Assembly: GCA_046861385.1 (NCBI GenBank)
Contig: JBHHTW010000005.1
Span: 47,755-111,754, forward strand
Length of the DNA stretch: 64,000 nucleotides
Direction: 5' to 3'
Origin: Fidelibacterota bacterium
GTDB lineage: Bacteria; Fidelibacterota; Marinisomatia; Marinisomatales; TCS55
Part shown: positions 28,217-36,803 of the stretch, one piece after another
How positions within the stretch are numbered: the first letter of the stretch is position 1
How the letters are laid out: every line of letters begins with the position of its first letter
Program-made: the position numbers and the translations under genes
The notes under the pieces: model-generated
What the model was told of the DNA's origin: nothing
The model's input: only the letters and a program-made list of their open reading frames with translations
Database searches by the model: none

Positions 28217-30629
28217 AAAAAAAGTAATAAGTAGAAGAAAATTTTTAAAAATATCCGGTCTGGCTTCCGGAGGCGCTGCAATTGGTACTGCAGTTTTTTC
28301 ACAAGCGCTGGGAGTATCAGAAAAAGCAATTAATGTTCTACAGAATGGACCCGGAAAAGTATCTTGGCGAGCCACCGCATGCCGGCTATGTCCTGGCGGC
28401 TGCAGCCTGTCTGTAAAAAGGGTTGATGGAATTCCAATCGGTCTAAAAGGAAATGCTTTCTCGCCAATTAATAGAGGCGGTACGTGTCCTGCGGCATATG
28501 CTAACCTTGAATTACTTTACCATCCTGATCGATATACCGAACCCCTTGTTCGTCCCAATGGCGACAAGAACAAAGATGCGACTCCTGATTCTTGGAGGAA
28601 CGTCTTTAATAAAATAACTAATTCTCTCAATTCTTTAGTTGAAAATAACCAATCCCATAAAATTGCAATCATTAATAGTGATGATTCACCCATAATGGAA
28701 GAAGCATGGAGAAATTTTGCGAATTGGATTGGAACACCCCATTATTTTCAAGAAAAGCACTCCGGGGACTTTTCTAACTCTTCCTTTATTACACAAGGAA
28801 TGTTTTGTTCGCCAAAATACGATTTAATGAATTCTGATTGTATCGTGAGTCTTGGTGCCAATTTTCTTGAGGAAGGCGCTCCTGTCCATTTTAACCAATT
28901 GTTGAGCCAATTTAAAGATGTAAATAATATTTCTCGTAATAAAATGGTTTATGTGGGGCCTAGAGCAAATGCCACGGCTGCCAGTGCCCATAAATGGATC
29001 CCAATAAATCCCGATACTTGGGGGACCCTTGCATTAGGACTTGTTCATGTCCTCATTGATAAGCGTTATATCGACTTGGATTACTTTCGAACTCATACTC
29101 CTGATTTTTCTGATTGGGTTGATGAAAAAGGCCAAAAACATATTGGATTTGAAAATATAATTCGTTCTGAATTTCATCCTAAACTTGTAGAAGAAATTAC
29201 GGGCATTTCTGAGTCGCAAATTAATGAACTGGTCGAGTTAATTCATAGCCGTGAAACACCGGTTGTTTTGTTTGGATCAGAAGCTCTAGAGTCACCCCGA
29301 GGAGAACTCCATGGCTGGGCTGTTCAAAGTTTGAATTATCTCATTGGTAGTATTCAGCGTACCGGGGGTTGTTTTTTTACGGATAATATTGATATAGAAA
29401 AATTGCATATACAGGATTATACTGGTCAGGATATTCAAAGTTTGTTTACCTCTGATAAAAGTCATGCCTTGAATAAAGCATCTTTAGATATTTTTGCTAA
29501 AAAGGTCGGAAATAATTCTCATAATGATATAGAATTATTAATTATTAATAAAGCAAATCCGGTTTATTATGGCGAGGACAGAGAGAAATGGGAATCATTA
29601 TTGAAGCATATTCCAACTGTAATATTTATAGGAGATATTCCAAACGAAACCAGTTATCATGCAGATATAGTTCTTCCTGCCCATTCAGAATTTGAAAATT
29701 GGGATTTGGTTGAAGATATTCCCGGTGTAGCTGCTAAGGTTGCTGTCCTCCAAAGAGCAGTTATAAAACCAATGTATGGTACAAAAAGTAGTTATTCGAT
29801 CCTTAAATCGTTCGCCGATGGAATGAATAACAAAACCAATTCGTTTTTAAAAGGTGTTGATTCAAAATCGATTGTAAAAGAAAGACTGAAGAAAATTTAT
29901 CAGCCTAAACGAGGTCAATTATTTACATCCCAAACGACAGAGGAATGGAAAGATTTATATAATAATCATAAAAAAATAAAAATTTCCGATTCAAGAAAAA
30001 TTTTTATGAAGGGAATGTTGAAAACCGGCGGATGGTGGGATCCTTCCCTTGTGGGTCAGGCCGACCAAATAGAAATTGGCAAAAACAAGAAGGATCAATT
30101 CACTTTTCTAAAAAGAATCCTTGAATCATTTCAAGGTGAAGCATCAGATGAAGCTCAATTTCTGAAAGAACTTTTGGCTTCTAATACCTATCCAAAAAAT
30201 TCAAAAAAATATAATGCATCTGAGTTATCAGGCTTCCCACTGACGTTAATGTCCGGATATCCCATTACCAATCCGTACGGCAGGACTGTCTCTTCTCCAA
30301 CCATGGTGGAGACAATGGGAATTGTTCGGGAAATCTATTGGGAAACCTGGGCAGAGATTAACCCTGAAACTGCAGAAAAATATCACATCGCAGATGGAAT
30401 GATAATTCAATTAGATTCATCGGTGGGAAAAATTCAAGTTCGGGCAAGAGTCAGACCGATCATCCATCCGGATGTTGTCTATGTCCCCTTGGGACTCGGT
30501 CGTGATAATGTGGGAAGATTCACATCGAATAAGGGATCTGATCCTCGGAACTTAATGGTATCCCAACCAGAAATATATTCCGGAAATACAATTTTGTCCG
30601 GTACACCAATTAAAATAACGTTGATTTAG
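28209..30629 (+). CDS. Tat-exported molybdopterin-oxidoreductase-fold subunit, QrcB/ActB-like
   Basis: ISRRKFLK twin-arginine; CRLCPGGC...GTC FeS motif; NETSYHADIVLP; EINP.TA C-terminal domain. Confidence 0.85.
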   Translation: MSEKKVISRRKFLKISGLASGGAAIGTAVFSQALGVSEKAINVLQNGPGKVSWRATACRLCPGGCSLSVKRVDGIPIGLKGNAFSPINRGGTCPAAYANLELLYHPDRYTEPLVRPNGDKNKDATPDSWRNVFNKITNSLNSLVENNQSHKIAIINSDDSPIMEEAWRNFANWIGTPHYFQEKHSGDFSNSSFITQGMFCSPKYDLMNSDCIVSLGANFLEEGAPVHFNQLLSQFKDVNNISRNKMVYVGPRANATAASAHKWIPINPDTWGTLALGLVHVLIDKRYIDLDYFRTHTPDFSDWVDEKGQKHIGFENIIRSEFHPKLVEEITGISESQINELVELIHSRETPVVLFGSEALESPRGELHGWAVQSLNYLIGSIQRTGGCFFTDNIDIEKLHIQDYTGQDIQSLFTSDKSHALNKASLDIFAKKVGNNSHNDIELLIINKANPVYYGEDREKWESLLKHIPTVIFIGDIPNETSYHADIVLPAHSEFENWDLVEDIPGVAAKVAVLQRAVIKPMYGTKSSYSILKSFADGMNNKTNSFLKGVDSKSIVKERLKKIYQPKRGQLFTSQTTEEWKDLYNNHKKIKISDSRKIFMKGMLKTGGWWDPSLVGQADQIEIGKNKKDQFTFLKRILESFQGEASDEAQFLKELLASNTYPKNSKKYNASELSGFPLTLMSGYPITNPYGRTVSSPTMVETMGIVREIYWETWAEINPETAEKYHIADGMIIQLDSSVGKIQVRARVRPIIHPDVVYVPLGLGRDNVGRFTSNKGSDPRNLMVSQPEIYSGNTILSGTPIKITLI

Positions 30630-30639
30630 GGAGTGAATT

Positions 30640-31326
30640 ATGGCTAAATGGGGAATGGTCATTGACTTGAATAAATGCACGGGATGTGGATCCTGTGTAA
30701 ATTCATGTCGAATGGAAAATAATGTCCCCAATGTTGGCGATAAGGCTGCACAGGCAGGACGCGCCATGGATTGGATGCAAATCATTACTGAATATGAAGG
30801 TGAATATCCTAATATTCGAATAACTCATATACCGAGACCGTGCTTTCATTGTGAAAATCCTCCATGTACAAAGGTTTGCCCTGTACATGCCACATACCAG
30901 AATGATGACGGTTTGATTGGACAAATTTATTACCGTTGTATTGGATGTCGGTTTTGTATGGCAGCTTGCCCATATTCCGCAAAAACATTTAATTATAGTA
31001 AACCAAATATTCCGGAAGCATATGAGGATAATTTGAACCCGGATGTTTCTCGTAGAATGAATGGTGTGGTTGAAAAATGCAGTTTCTGTTCCCATCGATT
31101 GATTAAAGCAAAAGATGAAGCTCGTTTTGAGGGGAGAGAAATGCGTGAAGAAGACTACCAGCCGGCATGTGTGGAATCTTGTCCAACTGATGCAATTACA
31201 TTTGGTGATCTGGAGAATTCGGACCATCATGTTCATGAATTAAAACACTCAAACCGTGCATTTAGATTGGAAGAAGAATTGGGAACAGAACCTAAAGTCT
31301 ATTATCTAACGAAGGAAGATAGATAA
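30640..31326 (+). CDS. 4Fe-4S subunit, QrcC/NrfC/PsrB-like
   Basis: CTGCGSC..SC, CFHCENPPCTKVCP, CIGCRFCMAACPY, KCSFC...PACVESCP. Confidence 0.92.
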   Translation: MAKWGMVIDLNKCTGCGSCVNSCRMENNVPNVGDKAAQAGRAMDWMQIITEYEGEYPNIRITHIPRPCFHCENPPCTKVCPVHATYQNDDGLIGQIYYRCIGCRFCMAACPYSAKTFNYSKPNIPEAYEDNLNPDVSRRMNGVVEKCSFCSHRLIKAKDEARFEGREMREEDYQPACVESCPTDAITFGDLENSDHHVHELKHSNRAFRLEEELGTEPKVYYLTKEDR

Positions 31327-32672
31327 TGAATGAGCTACGCAAAGACCCGGATTATGCCCTTTACCGCCCTATATTAGTCAGTGACCGTCGATTTTATTGG
31401 GCGGTAGGCTTCTTATCTGTTGTGATTATTTGGGCATTGTATATGTATATACAGCAATTGATAAACGGCCTTGAGGTCACCGGAATGAACAATACGGTAA
31501 CTTGGGGATTTTATATTATCAATTTTGTTTTCTTTATCGGTATCAGCCATGCCGGGACACTGATTTCGGCCATACTAAGACTTTCCCAGGCAGAATGGCG
31601 TCGACCCATTACCAGAATGGCCGAGGTTATTACAGCTATTGTGTTGATGATTGGCGGTTTACACCCAATCATTGACTTGGGTCGACCTGACCGCGTTTTA
31701 AATGTGTTTACGTTCGGAAGATTACAGTCTCCCTTATTATGGGATGTAACAGCCATTTCACTGTATTTTACCGCCAGCACGGTATATCTTTTTGTTCCCA
31801 TGATCCCGGACATTGCTCTTCTTCGGGATCGGACCAATACAAAATTAAAATGGCTTTATACATTTTTAAGCTGGGGATATCAAGGAACCGAACGACAAAA
31901 ACATATATTGGAAAGAGCCATTACGATTTTGATGGTTGCAGTAATACCAATTGCCGTCAGTGTTCACACTGTTATTTCTTACATATTTTCAATGACACTC
32001 CAATCCGGTTGGCATAGCACCATTTTTGGCCCCTATTTTGTGACGGGCGCCATATTTTCCGGTACGGCTACCTTATTGGTCGTAATGATTTTTTTCCGAA
32101 AGTTTTTTCATCTGGAAAATTATTTAAAAGAAATTCATTTTCAATACATGGGAATCCTGCTTCTGGTTTTCTCATTATTTTGGACTTATTTCACATTTAG
32201 TGAGTACCTCACAGGTGTTTATGGGAATGAACCCCAGGAAATGAACGTTATTATGTTCAAATTTACGGGACCTTATGCCCCTTATTTCTGGGCAATGGTT
32301 ATATGTAATTTTGTGGTTCCTGTGATAGTGCTATCTTTTAAGAAATTAAAAAAGATCCCGGGCATTTTGTTTGCTTCAATTTGCGTCATCATCGGCATGT
32401 GGTTGGAACGCCTGACCATTATTGTTCCCTCCTTATCCAATCCGCGGTTACCGATCATTAGTGAGCCATACATTCCTTCGATGACCGAGTGGGCGTTATT
32501 TGCCGGTGGTATCGCTGTATTTTGTTTGTTTTTCCTATTATTTTCAAAAATTTTCCCAATAATATCAATCTGGGAAATAAGAGAAGGCCGTGCAGAAGGA
32601 TTGGATGAAGCAAAAGAAAGGTTGGATTCTTACTTGCCCGATTCGGATATGATCAACAAGGAGGTGATCTAA
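31326..32672 (+). CDS. NrfD/PsrC-family quinone-binding membrane subunit (ActC/QrcD-like)
   Basis: WGFYIINFVFFIGISHAGTLISAIL, R.AE, DLGRP.R, SPLLWD, SVHT, GWHSTIF.PYFV.GAIFSG, GMWLER. Confidence 0.92.
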   Translation: MNELRKDPDYALYRPILVSDRRFYWAVGFLSVVIIWALYMYIQQLINGLEVTGMNNTVTWGFYIINFVFFIGISHAGTLISAILRLSQAEWRRPITRMAEVITAIVLMIGGLHPIIDLGRPDRVLNVFTFGRLQSPLLWDVTAISLYFTASTVYLFVPMIPDIALLRDRTNTKLKWLYTFLSWGYQGTERQKHILERAITILMVAVIPIAVSVHTVISYIFSMTLQSGWHSTIFGPYFVTGAIFSGTATLLVVMIFFRKFFHLENYLKEIHFQYMGILLLVFSLFWTYFTFSEYLTGVYGNEPQEMNVIMFKFTGPYAPYFWAMVICNFVVPVIVLSFKKLKKIPGILFASICVIIGMWLERLTIIVPSLSNPRLPIISEPYIPSMTEWALFAGGIAVFCLFFLLFSKIFPIISIWEIREGRAEGLDEAKERLDSYLPDSDMINKEVI

Positions 32673-32923
32673 TGGAAAAGAGAAAAAGAGTAACACCATT
32701 CTATATTTTATTTCTTCAAATTCTTAGCATCTTAATTATCTGGCTTCTATTTGTTGGGGTCAATTTTTGGATTTTTAATCTCATATCCTTATCGAGATAT
32801 TTACAGGATGCACAAAATGCCACTTTGGTTATATCCCTTATTATTCTGCCTATATTTGGACTATTAGCATGTGTATTAACCTATGTATTTATAGGCTTGA
32901 GAAAAGGGAGAATTACTCATTAG
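32672..32923 (+). CDS. small two-TM membrane protein
   Basis: GGAGG SD, translationally coupled to the NrfD gene, two hydrophobic segments. Confidence 0.75.
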   Translation: MEKRKRVTPFYILFLQILSILIIWLLFVGVNFWIFNLISLSRYLQDAQNATLVISLIILPIFGLLACVLTYVFIGLRKGRITH

Positions 32924-32942
32924 GCTTTTCAAGTCGAAATGG

Positions 32943-34181
32943 TTGCTGTTATTACTGCTGACCAGCCTTTCTTATGGCAGTAAGTTTTACGGATATTTTT
33001 CAACGAATACATATACATTCTCTCGCAAAAATCTAGACGATAGTACATTGGTTCATATACGCCTTTACCAGTCTGTTTGGCTTCAGGGGAGGGATGTTCT
33101 TATAAAAAAAAGCCGGTTAAATATCTCCGGTGTATTTTACATGGACCCTGTAAACCCCTTTCACTATGGAGACGTAGAAAATTCAACTGATGGAGATTAT
33201 GTATTCCAAATATATAATTTTAATTATTCCACATCTTGGTTTTCAGATAGAATGAAGGTGAATATTGGTCGTCAATTTCAATATTCAGTTTCTGATGCAG
33301 GTCGATTGGACGGTATATCGACAGATTACACATTTCGGCAACTAAAATTCAAAGGATTCGCTGGGTTATATGTTCCTGCATCCGGCATGACGGAAAATCC
33401 ATCTGATGATCATTTTTATGGTGGTGAAATTTCCTGGAAAAAATCTAAATCGTTTGATTTGAAACTTGGTTATTCAGATAAATCACATTCCAGGGAAATT
33501 TATCATTCAAATGCGGTTTTCAAGGATGTGGAAGTTCCACCATCGATTCGTCAGCGAGTTGGAATCCAAAGCAGTCTTAAAAGGGGGCACCTGACCTTTT
33601 ATGCCAGAACCAGGCACCGCATTCGTGAATTTGAATTAGACGACGCCACATTCCAAACCACCTATCATGGAAATAGGGATCAACGGCTACAAAACGTTGT
33701 TTTTGAATATAATCTTCGAAAACCGCAAATACCTGATAATTCAATATTTTCTGTTTTTGATTCTTATGCCTCTCAAGAGTTTTCGTTAAGAGGGCGCTTA
33801 TCATTGGTGAAGAAAATATCCGGATGGTTTAATTTTCGACAGGTTCTGTTTAATAATGATCAATCCTCAATAATATTATTGGGAGTGGGAATGTCCGTGG
33901 TACGTGCAGAATTTGTTCGTCAGGATGGATATGGCGGCAGCTCAAACCGAATGGTTGTCGGAGCTCGGAAAAAAATGGGGAAACTGAATTTATCCAGTCG
34001 TCTTTCTTTGGGGAATTACCGCTTAATCGAAGGAAAGTGGAATGATTTATCTACTGTTACTTTTTCAGCATCTTATCCCATGTGGAAAAAATTTGAAATC
34101 AATTCTGAAATCCATGTATTGAAAAATAAATATTATTCAAATGATACAAGATTACAGATGGGCATCAGGTACCGGTTATGA
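32943..34181 (+). CDS. putative outer-membrane beta-barrel protein
   Basis: Signal peptide, alternating amphipathic strands, IGRQF...LDG motif, C-terminal LQMGIRYRL beta-signal-like end, no heme motifs. Confidence 0.7.
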   Translation: MLLLLLTSLSYGSKFYGYFSTNTYTFSRKNLDDSTLVHIRLYQSVWLQGRDVLIKKSRLNISGVFYMDPVNPFHYGDVENSTDGDYVFQIYNFNYSTSWFSDRMKVNIGRQFQYSVSDAGRLDGISTDYTFRQLKFKGFAGLYVPASGMTENPSDDHFYGGEISWKKSKSFDLKLGYSDKSHSREIYHSNAVFKDVEVPPSIRQRVGIQSSLKRGHLTFYARTRHRIREFELDDATFQTTYHGNRDQRLQNVVFEYNLRKPQIPDNSIFSVFDSYASQEFSLRGRLSLVKKISGWFNFRQVLFNNDQSSIILLGVGMSVVRAEFVRQDGYGGSSNRMVVGARKKMGKLNLSSRLSLGNYRLIEGKWNDLSTVTFSASYPMWKKFEINSEIHVLKNKYYSNDTRLQMGIRYRL

Positions 34182-35344
34182 GAAATACTAAAGGATTTAT
34201 AATCTATATTAGTATCATTGGCTGTGTAAACATTGTTCATAGTGCGACATCGGATCCAATCATTCAATTTAGTCATGACCTTCATGTTGCTGATTTGGAA
34301 ATAAAGTGTACAAAGTGTCATAATCCAAAAGTACTCAAAACGAGCATGGGTTCAGATGACGTTATTCTACCCACGGAAAAACGCTGTATGAAATGTCATA
34401 AAGTGTGGAAGAAAAAAGGGGAATGTGAAAATTGTCATTTGAAAGAACCTCCTTATGAAACTTTTCCTAAAGTAACCCGAATTTTTAAATTTCCACATAA
34501 AACTCATTGGGTTGATCAAAAAATTGAATGCAATGAATGTCATGGAAACATGGCTGGTGTTGATAATTTTCCTCCCATCCCGGTTATGGATGATTGTATG
34601 TCATGTCATGCAGAGAAACACGCACCTGAATATTGCTCTTCCTGCCACGATAATGTCGCATATTTACGTCCTAAAGATCATTCGGAAGCCTGGCTCACTG
34701 ATCATGATTTAGCTGCATTGTCCAATGCTTCTGATTGTCAAATTTGTCATTCCCAAAATACATGCGACAATTGCCATAGCGGCGGTCTACTCGGATTTGA
34801 TGAATTACCAAAGATGAATCCGGTACCAGGTTATCGTCCCGGAGCAATTGTCAATAAAATGTTATTAAATAGCAATCATGCCTTAGACTATGTTTACTCC
34901 CATGGGCTGGATGCAAGTACAAAAGCAAAAGATTGCAGTGTGTGTCATGAATCGCCAGAATTTTGTACCGCTTGCCATCAGAACAAGGACGAACAGATTT
35001 TAAATAAGCCCGATTTTCATGGCGGATTGGACTGGGGAGCAGTTCTATATAAAGAGGATACGGATTTTGCCAATGATATCACGGGCGGTGTCCATGCGGA
35101 AATGGCGAGGAAAGATATTGAACTTTGTCAATCTTGCCACGATGTGGAAGGGGCAGACCCCACTTGTATCAGGTGTCATGCGGACAGAGATGGAATTCAA
35201 AATACAGATCCAAAAACTCACGCAGCAGGATTTATGAAAAATGTCCAGGGCGATTGGTGTACAGAACCGGTCTCAATGTGTTTTGTGTGTCATACCCCGG
35301 AGGAAAGCAAGACAAACGGCTTTTGCGGATATTGCCATAATTGA
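34178..35344 (+). CDS. 14-heme periplasmic cytochrome c
   Basis: 14 CxxCH counted: CTKCH CMKCH CENCH CNECH CMSCH CSSCH CQICH CDNCH CSVCH CTACH CQSCH CIRCH CFVCH CGYCH; FSH..H and FPH..H c3/c7-type distal His motifs. Confidence 0.92.
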   Translation: MRNTKGFIIYISIIGCVNIVHSATSDPIIQFSHDLHVADLEIKCTKCHNPKVLKTSMGSDDVILPTEKRCMKCHKVWKKKGECENCHLKEPPYETFPKVTRIFKFPHKTHWVDQKIECNECHGNMAGVDNFPPIPVMDDCMSCHAEKHAPEYCSSCHDNVAYLRPKDHSEAWLTDHDLAALSNASDCQICHSQNTCDNCHSGGLLGFDELPKMNPVPGYRPGAIVNKMLLNSNHALDYVYSHGLDASTKAKDCSVCHESPEFCTACHQNKDEQILNKPDFHGGLDWGAVLYKEDTDFANDITGGVHAEMARKDIELCQSCHDVEGADPTCIRCHADRDGIQNTDPKTHAAGFMKNVQGDWCTEPVSMCFVCHTPEESKTNGFCGYCHN

Positions 35345-35345
35345 T

Positions 35346-35729
35346 ATGAAAATAATCAACACATCAATCAGTATTTTTATCATTTCTTTGATTATAGGGT
35401 GTTCAGAATTAGATAAATCATTTAAAGAGCCTTTGCCAGATAGGGTAACATATAAATCCCATATTAAAGCTATTCTTGATAGAAGTTGTGTCCGGTGTCA
35501 TGGAGGATCGGAACAAATTGTCCCAGATGTTAATTTTTCATCTTATAGTGAAATTAAGCTGCTAATCGGGACAGATGTTTCATCCGATCTTATTGTGCCG
35601 GGGAATCAATCTTCCGGTTTGCTAAGAAAAACCAAACCTGGCGGAAGTATGAATCTGAACCTCAATGATAACAGAGATTACGATTTGCTTTATCAATGGA
35701 TTGTCCTTGATAGTGTAGCACAAAACTAA
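35346..35729 (+). CDS. monoheme cytochrome c lipoprotein
   Basis: ATG 35346, lipobox IIGC, IL.RSCVRCHGG, IVPG..S.L, WI. Confidence 0.8.
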   Translation: MKIINTSISIFIISLIIGCSELDKSFKEPLPDRVTYKSHIKAILDRSCVRCHGGSEQIVPDVNFSSYSEIKLLIGTDVSSDLIVPGNQSSGLLRKTKPGGSMNLNLNDNRDYDLLYQWIVLDSVAQN

Positions 35730-35739
35730 AGCAAATACA

Positions 35740-35793
35740 GAGCAGATCTGGTGCGCTTGCCACAACGGTATGTTTGACTTGACCGGCAAGAAA
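35740..35793 (+). pseudogene. remnant of a Rieske [2Fe-2S] protein gene
   Basis: Intergenic DNA translates to EQIWCACHNGMFDLTGKK, matching Rieske box II (C-x-C-H-x-x-x-F/Y-D-x-x-G); in-frame stop at 35716, no box I. Confidence 0.72.
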
Positions 35794-35802
35794 GGAATAA
35801 AC

Positions 35803-36393
35803 ATGATTAAATACGTAACAGGTTTTTTACTCCTCGGAAGTATTGTATGGACTCAGCAACCAGAATATGTAGGAACGAATAAGTGTAAAGCTTGCCACTC
35901 CAGCAAGAAGAAAGGAGCCCAATACAAACTTTGGAAAGAAACGAAACACGCCAAGGCATTTGACCTGCTTCTCACTGAAGAAGCAAAACAGATAGCGAAA
36001 GAGAGGGGTTTAGCAAATACACCGGATAAAGCTCCGGAATGTTTAGAGTGTCATACCGTTGGGTTTGGCTCCGGCGGATATGAAATAATGGATGGGGAAT
36101 TCTGGTCTCCAGCTGAGGATGATCGGGATGGGAAGAAAGCCGTAAAACGAATGGAAAATCTTAAAAATGTTGGGTGTGAAAATTGTCATGGCCCTGGCAG
36201 TGCTTATAAGAAAAAGAAAATTATGGAAGCAATTTTTGCAGGAACTGTATCAGGCGATGAATATGGTTTATCAAAAGCGACCGAAGTAACTTGTAAAAAA
36301 TGTCATAACGAACGCAGTCCTTCCTATAAACCTTTTAATTTTGAAGAAAGAATAGCTGAAATTACTCACCCGTTTCCTGATAGTATGAAATAA
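35803..36393 (+). CDS. periplasmic tetraheme cytochrome c (c554-like), paralog of 27130..27705
   Basis: ATG 35803 after AAGGA; signal peptide; CKACH, CLECH, CENCH(GPG), CKKCH. Confidence 0.88.
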   Translation: MIKYVTGFLLLGSIVWTQQPEYVGTNKCKACHSSKKKGAQYKLWKETKHAKAFDLLLTEEAKQIAKERGLANTPDKAPECLECHTVGFGSGGYEIMDGEFWSPAEDDRDGKKAVKRMENLKNVGCENCHGPGSAYKKKKIMEAIFAGTVSGDEYGLSKATEVTCKKCHNERSPSYKPFNFEERIAEITHPFPDSMK

Positions 36394-36803
36394 ATATTTA
36401 ATCTATCCGCTAGAAATAATTGCAGTTAGAAATATGTAAAATGATATTTCGACCGTGATCAGTGAAAAGAAATTGCTTTAATTCATCTTCTCTATTTATT
36501 TGACATACCACGGAACAGACTATCCCCAGCCAGCTGCAGCAAAGCACGCGAATGGGTAAAAGAAACTGTAATTCCACCCATTTTAGTACCAATCAAAATT
36601 AGAGTTATGAACTCCATGTTAATTTATTCTCTATTCAAAAATATTTATGTAATAACTGTAATCATTTACCAATAGTTAGTTAAATTTTCAACTGTAGTTA
36701 AGCCAATATTATTAAAAAGAGGCTGGCAAGTTTAAAATAAAACTAAATGTTTATAATCTGCGCTAATAATTGCAATTTATGAATAATTTGAAAAAGGGAG
36801 ACA

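Noticed and set aside
27707-32672. Calling the module a canonical alternative complex III or polysulfide reductase
   Set aside because: No recognisable ActD/E/F or oxidase genes, B and FeS subunits are separate, and no clear Mo ligand; left as Qrc/ACIII-like.
36410-36592. 60-aa minus-strand ORF between the cytochrome cluster and PFOR
   Set aside because: No motif or SD support; probably intergenic or an unidentifiable relic.
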